Positions 8,778-18,936 of a stretch of 32,000 nt of DNA are shown piece by piece. Source of the DNA: Candidatus Thorarchaeota archaeon. GTDB lineage: Archaea; Asgardarchaeota; Heimdallarchaeia; Hodarchaeales; Hodarchaeaceae. The DNA lies in contig JBHLRO010000007.1 in assembly GCA_048882505.1 (NCBI GenBank), positions 117,826 to 149,825 of the forward strand, read 5' to 3'. Position 1 is the first letter of the stretch; every line of letters starts with the position of its first letter. The notes beneath the pieces were generated by a model that saw only the letters and a list, made by a program, of their open reading frames with translations, did no database searches and was not told where the DNA came from. A program made the translations under genes and the position numbers.

Positions 8778-11192
8778 GTGAAGACATTAAGAATCCCTAT
8801 TTTTGGTGCTTGCTGTATGTCCCAACATAATACCTGGGAGTTGAGGATCGAAGGAAGCATCCAAGGGGTTGGTTTTCGACCGTTCGTCTATCGCCTAGCC
8901 CAGGAGGAACAGGTTAAGGGAGAAGTACAAAATAAGGGTAACTTCGTGAGAATAATAATCCAGGGCCCTGAAAAAAGGTTAAAATCATTCAGTCTCAATC
9001 TAAAATTAAAAAAACCTCCGTTGGCTGTAATTGACAAGATAATAAAGACCGTCATCCATACATCGCCAACTTATAATACCTTTAGCATAATAAAGAGCAA
9101 ACTGGAATCGAAAATTCTCTCACCAAGTTATATTCCTCCAGATATTTCTATATGTAACCAATGTCTGGAGGATATGCTGACGGGTGACAGAGCAGAAAGG
9201 AAACACTACTCTTTCACCTCATGTGTTGACTGCGGCCCACGATTTTCTGTTATCAAGGGGATCCCCTACGATCGCCCTCAAACCACAATGGATGCCTTTC
9301 CTCTATGTTCCAAATGCATGAAGGAATACACAGATCCAACTGATCGACGATTTCATGCCCAAACCACTTGCTGTCGGACATGTGGACCCCAATATTATCT
9401 TTCAAACAGATCTGGAATAACATTAGAAACAATAGAATCAAGAGTGATAACGAATAGCCAAAAACTTTTACTAGAGGGTAATATTCTCGCTATCAAGGGT
9501 ATCGGGGGAACCCATCTCGCCTGTAGGGTAGATGACTTCGATATTATTGAAGAACTCAGATCAAGGAAAGGCGATCGGAAGCGAAAGCCTTTTGCCTTGA
9601 TGAGTCTCTCCATTGATCAAATCAACCAATTTTCCCATATTCCCAACGAAAATACAGTTAACTTATTGAATTCGCCCCGTCGCCCCATTGTCCTTCTACC
9701 AAAGCGTGATGACTTTACTCTAGCGCAGAATATCGCCCCTAATTTGCACAACATTGGTGTAATGCTGCCTTATTCAGGATTTCACTATCTTCTGCTGGAT
9801 CACCCGAAACTGAAAACATTGGTAATGACAAGTGCAAATCGATCTCATCTTCCAATCCAAATAGACAATCGTGAAATCTTGAGAAGTTTAAAGGATGTTG
9901 CAGATTATTTTATACTCCATGATCGTGAAATCCACCAGCGAAACGATGATTCTGTGGTAAAACCCTATATTTTTACTCAAAACCACCAGACCACCAATTT
10001 ATTCCTAAGGAGGAGTCGTGGTCAGACTCCCGAACCGCTGGATTGCCCCATTTATAACGATTCATCCCTTATCCTAGGTTTAGGCGCAGAATTACATACG
10101 ACAGCGTCCTTAATAAGCCAAGGCAAACTTTTTTTAACCCAATATATAGGTAATCTTAGATATGAGCCCACTTATAGGTTTTATCAAGATGCTATCCATC
10201 ATATGCAGAATTTATTACAGAATCCTCCTCTGGCAGCTATTGCCCATGATTTGCATCCACTTTATCTGTCAACCGAGTATGCCAAAGATTTAAAAACCAA
10301 AACAAATGTTCCTTCTGTCGCGTTTCAGCATCATTATGCCCACGGCGCTTCATTATTAGCTGATAATGGTCTTTGGGATGAAGAAGCCGTAATTGCGGTA
10401 GCTGATGGCCTTGGATATGGAATCGACGGAAACGTTTGGGGTGGTGAAATTCTCCAATTCTCTTTCCAAGATTATACGCGTGCAGGTCACATCGAGTATG
10501 TTATTCAACCTGGAGGGGATCTTGCTACAAAGTTTCCTTACCGTATGCTTCTTAGCTATCTCGAAAGCGCAGGGGTACCGGAAGAAGAAATCTTAAACAT
10601 TGTAAGCGGTAGTAGCATGATATCCCCAGGATTAGCATACTCTGATGCTCGAATTATTCTTCAGCAAATTGAAAAGAAATTCAACAGTCCATTAACGAGC
10701 TCTACAGGCAGATTTCTAGATGCATGCTCAGTTGCACTAGGGTTTTGTGTTGAAGCCACCTATGAAGGAGAGCCTGCAATTGTACTAGAAGGGCAGGGCT
10801 GGGCGGCAAGACACACAACCGACCCAAATCCTTTCATTAAGGAAAGCCTGAAGGAAGATTTAGGTTTAAATTTTGGTCCAATAGTTCACAAACTGTTAGA
10901 ACTGATCTCTAAACGTGGTTCCAAAAGTGAACTGGCCTGGCATATTCAAGAATTCGTTGGATGGAGCTTTGCTCAAGCTATAATTAGCCAAATTCAGCTT
11001 GAAGGCATCCAAATGGCAGGATTCAGCGGAGGAGTAGCATATAATGATTTAATTACATATTCTCTCATAAATACATTACAAAAGTCTGGTTTGCGCCTTA
11101 AGGGGATTTTACTCCATAAAAATCTTCCTCCTGGTGATGGAGGAATTTCAGCTGGCCAGGCAGTGCTTTTGGCCTCTAGAAATATTGTCTAA
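8778..11192 (+). CDS. hypF: Carbamoyltransferase HypF
   Basis: Acylphosphatase domain (QGVGFRPFVY), zinc-finger CxxC pairs, YrdC-like (KGIGG, MTSAN) and Kae1-like (QHHYAH, DGLGYG, GDGGIS) domains. True start may be ATG 8817. Confidence 0.97.
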   Translation: MKTLRIPIFGACCMSQHNTWELRIEGSIQGVGFRPFVYRLAQEEQVKGEVQNKGNFVRIIIQGPEKRLKSFSLNLKLKKPPLAVIDKIIKTVIHTSPTYNTFSIIKSKLESKILSPSYIPPDISICNQCLEDMLTGDRAERKHYSFTSCVDCGPRFSVIKGIPYDRPQTTMDAFPLCSKCMKEYTDPTDRRFHAQTTCCRTCGPQYYLSNRSGITLETIESRVITNSQKLLLEGNILAIKGIGGTHLACRVDDFDIIEELRSRKGDRKRKPFALMSLSIDQINQFSHIPNENTVNLLNSPRRPIVLLPKRDDFTLAQNIAPNLHNIGVMLPYSGFHYLLLDHPKLKTLVMTSANRSHLPIQIDNREILRSLKDVADYFILHDREIHQRNDDSVVKPYIFTQNHQTTNLFLRRSRGQTPEPLDCPIYNDSSLILGLGAELHTTASLISQGKLFLTQYIGNLRYEPTYRFYQDAIHHMQNLLQNPPLAAIAHDLHPLYLSTEYAKDLKTKTNVPSVAFQHHYAHGASLLADNGLWDEEAVIAVADGLGYGIDGNVWGGEILQFSFQDYTRAGHIEYVIQPGGDLATKFPYRMLLSYLESAGVPEEEILNIVSGSSMISPGLAYSDARIILQQIEKKFNSPLTSSTGRFLDACSVALGFCVEATYEGEPAIVLEGQGWAARHTTDPNPFIKESLKEDLGLNFGPIVHKLLELISKRGSKSELAWHIQEFVGWSFAQAIISQIQLEGIQMAGFSGGVAYNDLITYSLINTLQKSGLRLKGILLHKNLPPGDGGISAGQAVLLASRNIV

Positions 11193-11233
11193 AGCTGGTT
11201 ATACTTGATTATAAGACGAATTCAATATCAAAA

Positions 11234-11260
11234 AGAAAGTGAAACTCCAGATAACTTTCT
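11234..11260. promoter_or_regulatory. Stem-loop: 7-bp stem AGAAAGT/ACTTTCT, loop GAAACTCCAGATA, between convergent hypF and hypA
   Basis: Perfect inverted repeat 5 nt past the hypA stop; may act as a terminator; loop motifs shared with 2717-2748. Confidence 0.4.
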
Positions 11261-11265
11261 ATTCG

Positions 11266-11634
11266 TCATACAACGATCGATTCAACCGTAGTTTCCGTTC
11301 CTGAAAGAATTTCCGTTGTAAAACTCGAACATGACGGACAAGGGTAAACAGGAGCCAAATCCTGTTGACTTGTTGGAATTTCTGATATTTCCCCCTCGAA
11401 ACCGCATGTCTGGCACTTAAGCTCTCCAGGAACCCGTTTTATCACCAAATTGGTTGATCTTGTCAAATCGTTCTCAATCTTTACCAAATCAAAACAAAAA
11501 GCAAATTGATCCAGGTGAATGCTTGAAAAAACCCCGAAAGACATAACGACTTCCTTTATTTTTTTTACGTTTTGATTTTTGGCTTGCGACACTACTGTAT
11601 CAATAACGGACTGTGCGAAGGAGCATTCATGCAT
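11266..11634 (-). CDS. hypA: Hydrogenase nickel-insertion protein HypA
   Basis: MHE N-terminus, CQTC and CPSC zinc sites. Confidence 0.95.
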   Translation of the reverse strand: MHECSFAQSVIDTVVSQAKNQNVKKIKEVVMSFGVFSSIHLDQFAFCFDLVKIENDLTRSTNLVIKRVPGELKCQTCGFEGEISEIPTSQQDLAPVYPCPSCSSFTTEILSGTETTVESIVV

Positions 11635-11695
11635 TTTAGATCCAAATCATCTGTCGAGATGGATTTAAATTAATCTTTCCGATTAACTTTCATGG

Positions 11696-12211
11696 ATGTC
11701 CCTGAGTCCAAAAGCACCTTTAGTTATTCTAGGTATTGGCAACACGGTACGTATGGATGACGGAGCGGGCATCCGTGCAGTTGAAGAACTGGAAAAGAAC
11801 GAGCGCATAAAAACATTCGATATCGCATTCAAGTATCTTAACACGGGGGGTTTGGACATATTGGATGCTATTGATGGTCACCAGTATGCAATCATAGTCG
11901 ATGCCGCTTCACTGGATGATCAAGAATACAACCCTGGCGATATCATCCATTTTCCAGATTTATATGCTTTAAAGGATAGATATCACGAAGAGATCTCATC
12001 GCATAGTATGGGAGTAATTCCTGTCATGAATTTCGCCGAAATTGGAAATTACAATCTTCCGTCCAGAGTCGAGGTTTATGGCATCCAGGTTAAAGAGACC
12101 AGATATTTCAGCGAAGAGCTAACCGAGGCTGTAAGAGCAGGAGTTACAAGATTAACCTCCATTTTAGTAAAAAAGGTCATTAGTTTCTACAATGAGCTTC
12201 CATTAGAATGA
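11696..12211 (+). CDS. Hydrogenase maturation endopeptidase (HyaD/HycI family), copy 1
   Basis: LGIGNTVRMDDGAG, IVDA, SSH motifs; immediately upstream of the first mvh operon. Confidence 0.92.
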   Translation: MSLSPKAPLVILGIGNTVRMDDGAGIRAVEELEKNERIKTFDIAFKYLNTGGLDILDAIDGHQYAIIVDAASLDDQEYNPGDIIHFPDLYALKDRYHEEISSHSMGVIPVMNFAEIGNYNLPSRVEVYGIQVKETRYFSEELTEAVRAGVTRLTSILVKKVISFYNELPLE

Positions 12212-12467
12212 AACGTGAATGAAGAAGCTCTAATGGGATGGGATTGTATTTTCAATTCGCCTTTGTGGAAATGTTTACATTGTAATCGGTTTGTTTCGGA
12301 TACTTCTGGCATTAAAAATAGTATTAATCGCCAGATTAACATATTATAACGTAAATACTTAGAAATTATTTTCTAATGGCTTGATTCCTCTATTAACAAT
12401 AGTTACAAGCAAAACTTTATGTATACGGAATCGGAGGGTAGCATGACCTAATGCGTGAGGACGAAAA

Positions 12468-13391
12468 ATGAGCAAAGCGAAAATTGCCACCGAATGGCTA
12501 ATGGTTTGCTCCGGATGTGAAGTTTCGCTATTAGATATCCATGAAGCAATTGTGGACGTCTTAGAAAAAGCGGATATCGTGCGTTCACCTGTTTTGGCTG
12601 ATGTAAAGGACTTTGTCCCTGCTGACGTAGGAATCATCTCAGGTGGAATCCGGAACGAGCATAATATCCACGTAGCACAGGAAATGCGGAAAAACTGCAA
12701 GATTATTGTTGGATTAGGCAGCTGTGCCTGTTTTGGCGGTATACCCTCTTTAGGCAATATGTATTCTCGTGAAGAGATTCTGCATAAAGTTTACCAAGAT
12801 ACCCTGGGCGTAGACAATCCGTTGGGTCGGTACCCACAGGATGATTTGCCAGCATTGACTGAGCGAGTTCGACCATTGAACTCAGTAATTGATGTGGACA
12901 TAATGCTGCCAGGATGTCCCCCTGTCCCAGAACTTATTGCTACAGCGGTAATGAGCTTATTAGAGGGAAAGCCCCTTGCCTTACCAAGCTATTCTGTTTG
13001 TGAACCCTGTCCCCGGGCAAAAAGAAACATCCAAATTACTGAGCTTAAGCGATGGTATCGATCTGCAAATGAATCTGTTGATCCCGATAGTTGTTTACTT
13101 GAACAGGGTTATCTATGTCTGGGTCCAGCGACGTGGGGTTTGTGCGATGCTCGGTGCACAAAAGTCGGTGTACCGTGTCGAGGATGTCACGGACCATTAA
13201 ATCCAGATCGGGAACCAGGACTTGATATTGCGTCTCTAATGGCTACCCTTACAACAAAACTTCCAATCGAAAAAGTCATGGAGGCGCTAGGTAACGATCC
13301 CTTGGCGTATTTCTATCAACATCAATACGGTGCGACCAAATTCAACAAATTATCTGAAACAAAGCTAAAATCAAAGGCGGTAAGCAAATGA
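12468..13391 (+). CDS. mvhG: Group 3c-type [NiFe]-hydrogenase small subunit (MvhG-like), copy 1
   Basis: CSGC, GSCACFGG, PGCPP, VCEPC, CLLEQGYLCLGP...CDARC...PCRGC. Confidence 0.92.
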   Translation: MSKAKIATEWLMVCSGCEVSLLDIHEAIVDVLEKADIVRSPVLADVKDFVPADVGIISGGIRNEHNIHVAQEMRKNCKIIVGLGSCACFGGIPSLGNMYSREEILHKVYQDTLGVDNPLGRYPQDDLPALTERVRPLNSVIDVDIMLPGCPPVPELIATAVMSLLEGKPLALPSYSVCEPCPRAKRNIQITELKRWYRSANESVDPDSCLLEQGYLCLGPATWGLCDARCTKVGVPCRGCHGPLNPDREPGLDIASLMATLTTKLPIEKVMEALGNDPLAYFYQHQYGATKFNKLSETKLKSKAVSK

Positions 13392-14842
13392 GTGCAACAA
13401 AGATAATTAAAGTAGAACCCGTGTCTCGTATCGAGGGGCATGCTGAGATTAAACTCTTTTTGGACGAATCCGGAAGTTTGGCTGATGCGCAGGTGAAGGT
13501 TGTTGAAGTACGAGGATTCGAGAAATTCCTTATTGGTAGACCTATAGAAGAAATGCCCCTCCTCACTCCTCGGATGTGTGGAATATGCCATGTCCCACAC
13601 CACTTGTGTTCTGCCAAAGCGGTAGATGCCACATTCGGCCTCAATCCTGAAGAAATTCCGCTGACTGCATATAAATTAAGAAGATTAATGATGTACGGTT
13701 CGTATATTCATAGCCACGTTTTACATTTCTTTTATCTGGCTGCACCTGATTTGGTATTGGGGCCTGATTCCAATCCAGCCAAGCGAAATGTCATCGGCCT
13801 CCTCGAAGCAAACCCAGAACTCGTTAAGCAAGTAATAGCCGCCCGAAAAGTAGGTCAAGAGATCACGAAAATCCTTGGAGGACGATCAGTTCACCCCGTA
13901 ACGGCAGTACCTGGGGGACAATCTCACCCACTATCGCTCGCTGATAGGGACAAGATAGAACGAAATGTCAAGGATTTGGCTCAAAATTTCCTACCAATGG
14001 CCAAAGATCTTGCTCTTTCATTATTCGACCAATATGGCGAAGTAATAGATTCTCTAGGAGTGATTTCGACCAAACACATGGGCATGGTCGGAACAAACGG
14101 TAACCTCGAATTCTATGATGGGAAAGTTCGTCTTATTGATGAAAACGCCGATACCTTGGAAGAATATTACGGGATTGAATATCGTAACGTCATCTCTGAA
14201 CGTATCAAGGACTTCTCCTACCTCAAATTCCCGTATTATAAGAAACGGTCATTTGAGGACGGTTGCTATCGTGTAGGACCACTAGGTAGGATTAATGTCG
14301 CAGACCGTATTGATACCCCAATCGCTCAGGAATTATTGAGTGAATTTCGTAACAAGTTCGGTAGACCCGCCCAACAAACGTTACTATATCATTACGCCAG
14401 GATTATTGAATTTGCTCATGCCATTGAAACAGTTCTAGATTTGCTGGCAGATCCCGAAATAACGGGATCGCTTTTACGGACTCCAGTGAAACCACGTGAG
14501 GGCGAAGGAGTAGGAATTGTTGAGGCTCACCGTGGCACGCTATTTCACCATTATCAAACGGATAATAAGGGGATTGTAAGAGATGTAAACCTGATTGTTG
14601 CCACCGTGGGGAATAATGAAGCGATCAATCGGTCTGTACAAGCGGCTGCGAGAAACCTCATTAAAGACAATACCCCTGCAGAGGGTTTAATGAATCGATT
14701 GGAGATGTGTGTCCGGGCTTACGATCCATGCTTTAGCTGCGCCACTCACAATGTCCGTTCAGGTGCAGTAGCCACACGAGTAAAAATATTGGATCATGAA
14801 GACAAACTGATACATGTGATGCAAAATTGGGATGAAAGATAA
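13388..14842 (+). CDS. mvhA: Group 3c-type [NiFe]-hydrogenase large subunit (MvhA-like), copy 1
   Basis: RIEGH, RMCGIC (L1), DPCFSCATH (L2) plus a 30-aa cleavable tail; ATGA overlap with mvhG. Confidence 0.93.
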   Translation: MSATKIIKVEPVSRIEGHAEIKLFLDESGSLADAQVKVVEVRGFEKFLIGRPIEEMPLLTPRMCGICHVPHHLCSAKAVDATFGLNPEEIPLTAYKLRRLMMYGSYIHSHVLHFFYLAAPDLVLGPDSNPAKRNVIGLLEANPELVKQVIAARKVGQEITKILGGRSVHPVTAVPGGQSHPLSLADRDKIERNVKDLAQNFLPMAKDLALSLFDQYGEVIDSLGVISTKHMGMVGTNGNLEFYDGKVRLIDENADTLEEYYGIEYRNVISERIKDFSYLKFPYYKKRSFEDGCYRVGPLGRINVADRIDTPIAQELLSEFRNKFGRPAQQTLLYHYARIIEFAHAIETVLDLLADPEITGSLLRTPVKPREGEGVGIVEAHRGTLFHHYQTDNKGIVRDVNLIVATVGNNEAINRSVQAAARNLIKDNTPAEGLMNRLEMCVRAYDPCFSCATHNVRSGAVATRVKILDHEDKLIHVMQNWDER

Positions 14843-14849
14843 GGTGACG

Positions 14850-17264
14850 ATGATGAAAATTGGAACAGTTATGTGCAATTGTGGGGGAAGTATAAAAAAC
14901 ATCGATTTTGAAGAATTGCAAAGATTCTACAATGAGAATAAATTGAATGAAGCCGATTACTGTGCATTCCATCATAATCTCTGTTCAGAAAAAGGAAAAA
15001 ACTTCATCAAAGAACTCCACAAGCGCGAACAACCCGATTCTGTTGTATTTGCAGCTTGTACACCCAAAACCGCAGGATATCTGTTTCAAGATCTAACCAA
15101 GGAGCTAAAGTTGTCTCCTTTCAAGATCGTGGGGGCAAATATTAGAGAACATGTAGGATGGGTAACCCCAGACAAAACCGAGGCAACTAAAAAGGCAAAA
15201 GCTGTCCTTTTATCTGCCTACAAGAAAGCCAATCACCAACACCAAGTTACTTCAATCAAAATCCCAATGAACGATGCTGCGGTAGTTGTCGGTGCGGGGC
15301 CAGCTGGAATACAAGCAGCGCAAGATCTTGCCGAACGGGGGCATAAGGTTCATCTAATTGACAGAAAATCGTATATTGGTGGTAATGCAGTTAAACTTAG
15401 TCACTTTTTTCCCAGCGATGATTGTGCTGCATGCCTTCCTACTGTGGGTATCAAAGGTGTACACCAATCCAATGTTCGACGGTGTTTTTATAGATCCGCA
15501 TTTGATGTAAATCCTAATATCGAACTTCATATTCGATCTGAAGTTGAATCTGTTAAGGGCCACCTGGGAAATTATTCTCTTGTAATAAGAAAGAAACCAA
15601 CGCATGTAGATATGCATAAATGTGTAGGATGCGGTCTCTGTGTCGAAGCGTGCCCTGTAGAGAAGCCTGATGAGTTTAATCTTGGGCTTACATCACGCAA
15701 AGCTGTTTATCTTCCTGCAATAACATGTAGTACCACCAAATACGTGATTAACCGCGACGAATGTCCAGAGGGATGTACGGAATGTGCAAAGGTATGTCCC
15801 GTTGATGCCATTGAGTTGGATTCTAGTGAAACAAGGGAGCATCTGGCCGCTGGTGGAATTATCTTAGCTACTGGTTTTGAAGAATACGACCCCAAATTGG
15901 TGAGTGAATACCACTACGGTCAACCAGGTTTTCAGAACGTAATTACACAAAGTGAATTGGCCAGATTTCTGGATATAACTGGGCCTACCCGAGGAAACCT
16001 AGTTAGAAAGAACAATGGACACGTTGATCGCGTGGTTATGATTCTTTGTGCTGGATCTCGTTCAAAGAAATATAACGAATGGTGTTCTAACGTCTGTTGT
16101 ATGGTGTCACTGAAACATGCAATCACGATTAAGGAAAGGCATCCTGAAATAGATGTTGTGATTGCCTACATGGACATTCGGGCAGTCGGCCCTCAGTACG
16201 AAGAATATTATACTCGTTGCCGTGAATTAGGGGTCAAGTTCATTCGAGGACGCCCTTCTGAGGTTGAAAGCGATGGAAAATCTCTCTATGTGGTAACTGA
16301 GGATACAACAACCAATCGACTTGAGTCAATCAAGGCTGAAATGGTTGTGTTAAGCATGAGCATGGCTCCCAGCAAAGGCATCGAAACATTGGCAGAAAAC
16401 CTTAACATCGCAATCGGAAGTGACGGATTTTTCAAGGAACTATATTCAAAACTTCGTACAACTGAAACCAAGCAAGCAGGGGTTTTTGTGGCAGGATCTG
16501 CGATTGCTCCTGCAGATATTCCAACGACGGTAACACGCGCTGCATATGCGGCTAGCCAACTCGACCTATTGTTGCGGAACAACTATGTCGGTAAACGCTT
16601 CCCAACCGCTGTTATCGATGAAGGGACTTGTAACAAATGTGAGTCATGTATATCCATTTGTCCCTACGGGGCGATAGAAAAAGTTGCAGTGGCAAATCCT
16701 GGAGTTCAAGTCCAGATCAATCCCATAGGTTGTGTAGGTTGTGGTCTATGTCAGTCTTCCTGCCCCGTATCTGCTATCTCCGTCAATTATTATCAAGAGG
16801 AGGCCGTACTGGATCAAGTAGAGGGTATGTTGTACGATGCCGAATCTGAGACAGAGCCTATTATTGTCACATTCGCCTGTTGGGAGTGTGCTTACGCATC
16901 CACCGATTATATCGGCCAAATGTCCCTAACCCAACCCGATGTTGCCTACCCTCCCAATATTAGGATAATTCCAGTTCAATGTACGGGGAATATTTCACTC
17001 GGGATGATAGAAAAAACCTTCGAACTCGGAGCGGATGGAGTACTAATTGCAGGATGCCTGGAAGATAGATGTCACTATGAAACTGGTTCGAAGACCGCAT
17101 CACATCGCGTTGGTCTGTTCAAACAACTTCTCAAACAGATAGGTATCGACCCACGAAGGATCGAAAAAACACACATTTTCTGTTCCAACTCGAATACATT
17201 TGTTAAAACTGCTCGTAAGATGCTTGGGATCCTACAAGACATTGGAAAGTTGGAACATTCATAG
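14850..17264 (+). CDS. hdrA: HdrA-like flavoprotein fused to a C-terminal MvhD [2Fe-2S] domain
   Basis: CNCG/LCS/AACTP N-domain, GAGPAG FAD motif, inserted and C-terminal 2x[4Fe-4S] domains, CAGSR...CSNVCC, then an MvhD block ([18 protein letters not shown]). The ORF opens at 14832, but GGTGA at 14843-14847 favours ATG 14850 or 14853. Confidence 0.93.
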   Translation: MMKIGTVMCNCGGSIKNIDFEELQRFYNENKLNEADYCAFHHNLCSEKGKNFIKELHKREQPDSVVFAACTPKTAGYLFQDLTKELKLSPFKIVGANIREHVGWVTPDKTEATKKAKAVLLSAYKKANHQHQVTSIKIPMNDAAVVVGAGPAGIQAAQDLAERGHKVHLIDRKSYIGGNAVKLSHFFPSDDCAACLPTVGIKGVHQSNVRRCFYRSAFDVNPNIELHIRSEVESVKGHLGNYSLVIRKKPTHVDMHKCVGCGLCVEACPVEKPDEFNLGLTSRKAVYLPAITCSTTKYVINRDECPEGCTECAKVCPVDAIELDSSETREHLAAGGIILATGFEEYDPKLVSEYHYGQPGFQNVITQSELARFLDITGPTRGNLVRKNNGHVDRVVMILCAGSRSKKYNEWCSNVCCMVSLKHAITIKERHPEIDVVIAYMDIRAVGPQYEEYYTRCRELGVKFIRGRPSEVESDGKSLYVVTEDTTTNRLESIKAEMVVLSMSMAPSKGIETLAENLNIAIGSDGFFKELYSKLRTTETKQAGVFVAGSAIAPADIPTTVTRAAYAASQLDLLLRNNYVGKRFPTAVIDEGTCNKCESCISICPYGAIEKVAVANPGVQVQINPIGCVGCGLCQSSCPVSAISVNYYQEEAVLDQVEGMLYDAESETEPIIVTFACWECAYASTDYIGQMSLTQPDVAYPPNIRIIPVQCTGNISLGMIEKTFELGADGVLIAGCLEDRCHYETGSKTASHRVGLFKQLLKQIGIDPRRIEKTHIFCSNSNTFVKTARKMLGILQDIGKLEHS

Positions 17265-17292
17265 GATGAACCTTAGGGATTGTTGAACTAGT

Positions 17293-17820
17293 ATGACCAC
17301 TACAATTGAACCGACTCTTCAGTCTGAATTTGACCATTTGCTTGATCAAATCAAATCCTGTTATCAATGTGGAACCTGCACAGGTGGATGTCCTGTGTTC
17401 CGAGTTTATCCAGATTTTAATCCAAGGATAATCGTTGAAACCATTCTCACAGGACAAACGGGGCAACTCCTCATCGATGATCTCATCTGGTATTGCTCAT
17501 TGTGCTATACATGTACTACACGATGCCCACAAGGTATCGACGTTGGTCATCTATTGATTGAGCTTAAGAATCTTGCCAGACAGTTAAAGAATGTACCAGA
17601 AGGCATTATTAATGAATTTGAAGCAATAAGAGAAACAGGAATCACCTCAGCTATTTCAGAATCAATCCTGAAGAAACGAGAAAAGTTAGGCCTTCCTCAG
17701 CTTCCCCTCACCGATACAAAGGAGATCCAAAAGCTCCTAGATATTATGGGAGTATCAGAAGAGCTAATTAGGGAAGTTAAGAGACAAAAGGACGATTCCC
17801 TAGAGGAGGTTACTGAGTAA
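17293..17820 (+). CDS. hdrC: Heterodisulfide reductase subunit C
   Basis: CYQCGTCTGGCP and CSLCYTCTTRCP clusters; sits before hdrB. Confidence 0.92.
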   Translation: MTTTIEPTLQSEFDHLLDQIKSCYQCGTCTGGCPVFRVYPDFNPRIIVETILTGQTGQLLIDDLIWYCSLCYTCTTRCPQGIDVGHLLIELKNLARQLKNVPEGIINEFEAIRETGITSAISESILKKREKLGLPQLPLTDTKEIQKLLDIMGVSEELIREVKRQKDDSLEEVTE

Positions 17821-18701
17821 TGTCAAAATATGCTTTATTTCTTGGATGTACAATTCCTTATCGTCTACCATTCGTGGAAGCGGCAGTTCGACAAACCATG
17901 GAGCTTTTCAACATAGAGCTTGTTGATCTTCCCTTTGGATGTTGTCCTGACCCTGGAGGTGCCCAAGCTTTCAGTAGTATAGCTTGGTACGCCCTAGCCG
18001 CTCGAAACCTTAGCATGGCCGAGGAACAGGGATTAGATATCGTAACAGCCTGCTCTGGGTGTTTTGAAACCCTCAAGGTCACAAGGGCTAAGCTTGAATC
18101 GGATCCCCTTCTTCGGCAAGAGATTAATGAGTACCTTTCTGGGATCGACCGTGAATTCAAGGGTACAGTGGATGTGCTGCAATATCAATCCGTGTATTAT
18201 GACGAGATAGGACCAGAGAGAATCGCCGCACAAATAACTGATCCCCTCACGGGATTTCGGTTTGCTACCCATCCTGGTTGTCACTATAGCAAACCTGCAA
18301 ATCTTTTACAAACGGAAGACCCGGAAAAACCTCATAAACTTGATGCTTTGGTTGAAGCCTTAGGCGCACAATCTGTCCCTTATCTTGGCAAGCTATTATG
18401 TTGTGGAGCTGGAACTCGGGGTGTAAATCCATCAGTTTCTTTGGAAATCGCCCACAAAAAGATTCTTGAAGTCGAAAAAGCCAATGTAGACGGGATGGTT
18501 ACTATTTGCCCCTCTTGTTATGTTTCATATGACGTTGGCCAGGTATTAATGGCCAAGCAGTTCGGCAACAAGACGAAAATTCCAGTGTTCGTGTATCCCG
18601 AGCTCCTCGGACTGAGTTTAGGATTAGATTTAAGGCCTGGGCTGCAAATGCATACAATAAAGGCCCGAGATTTCCTAAAGAAGTTCGCAGTAAATGCTTA
18701 G
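17820..18701 (+). CDS. hdrB: Heterodisulfide reductase subunit B (two CCG domains)
   Basis: FLGC, GCCPDP, TACSGC, HPGCH, CCGAG, TICPSC; TAATG coupling to hdrC. Confidence 0.93.
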   Translation: MSKYALFLGCTIPYRLPFVEAAVRQTMELFNIELVDLPFGCCPDPGGAQAFSSIAWYALAARNLSMAEEQGLDIVTACSGCFETLKVTRAKLESDPLLRQEINEYLSGIDREFKGTVDVLQYQSVYYDEIGPERIAAQITDPLTGFRFATHPGCHYSKPANLLQTEDPEKPHKLDALVEALGAQSVPYLGKLLCCGAGTRGVNPSVSLEIAHKKILEVEKANVDGMVTICPSCYVSYDVGQVLMAKQFGNKTKIPVFVYPELLGLSLGLDLRPGLQMHTIKARDFLKKFAVNA

Positions 18702-18776
18702 ACATACTTAACTTTATAGGAATCAGAATCGTCCTTTATCTCGAAACTAGATCCACAAATTAATTGACACGGCTGT

Positions 18777-18896
18777 ATGAATAATTCCATCTGTTTTGGA
18801 GCCTCGAACCCTCCCTATCTGGAATACGGAGCTGCGCTCGTTTTTGGAGTCCTGGCTATATCCACAGCAACTTCCATTTTAATGAAAATGCCTTAA
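18777..18896 (+). CDS. Candidate 39-aa single-pass membrane microprotein
   Basis: MNNSICFGASNPPYLEYGAALVFGVLAISTATSILMKMP*: an uncharged hydrophobic run of about 20 aa, 75 nt after hdrB. Below the ORF-track cutoff; may be spurious or a remnant. Confidence 0.35.
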   Translation: MNNSICFGASNPPYLEYGAALVFGVLAISTATSILMKMP

Positions 18897-18936
18897 TTGG
18901 CTAAGAACAACTAAGGATAGCTTGGGGCATATGCAC

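Noticed and set aside
12233-12349. 38-aa ORF MGWDCIFNSPLWKCLHCNRFV... with a CxxC
   Set aside because: Only one CxxC, no clear ribosome-binding site, and it lies in the probable terminator/promoter gap; insufficient support.
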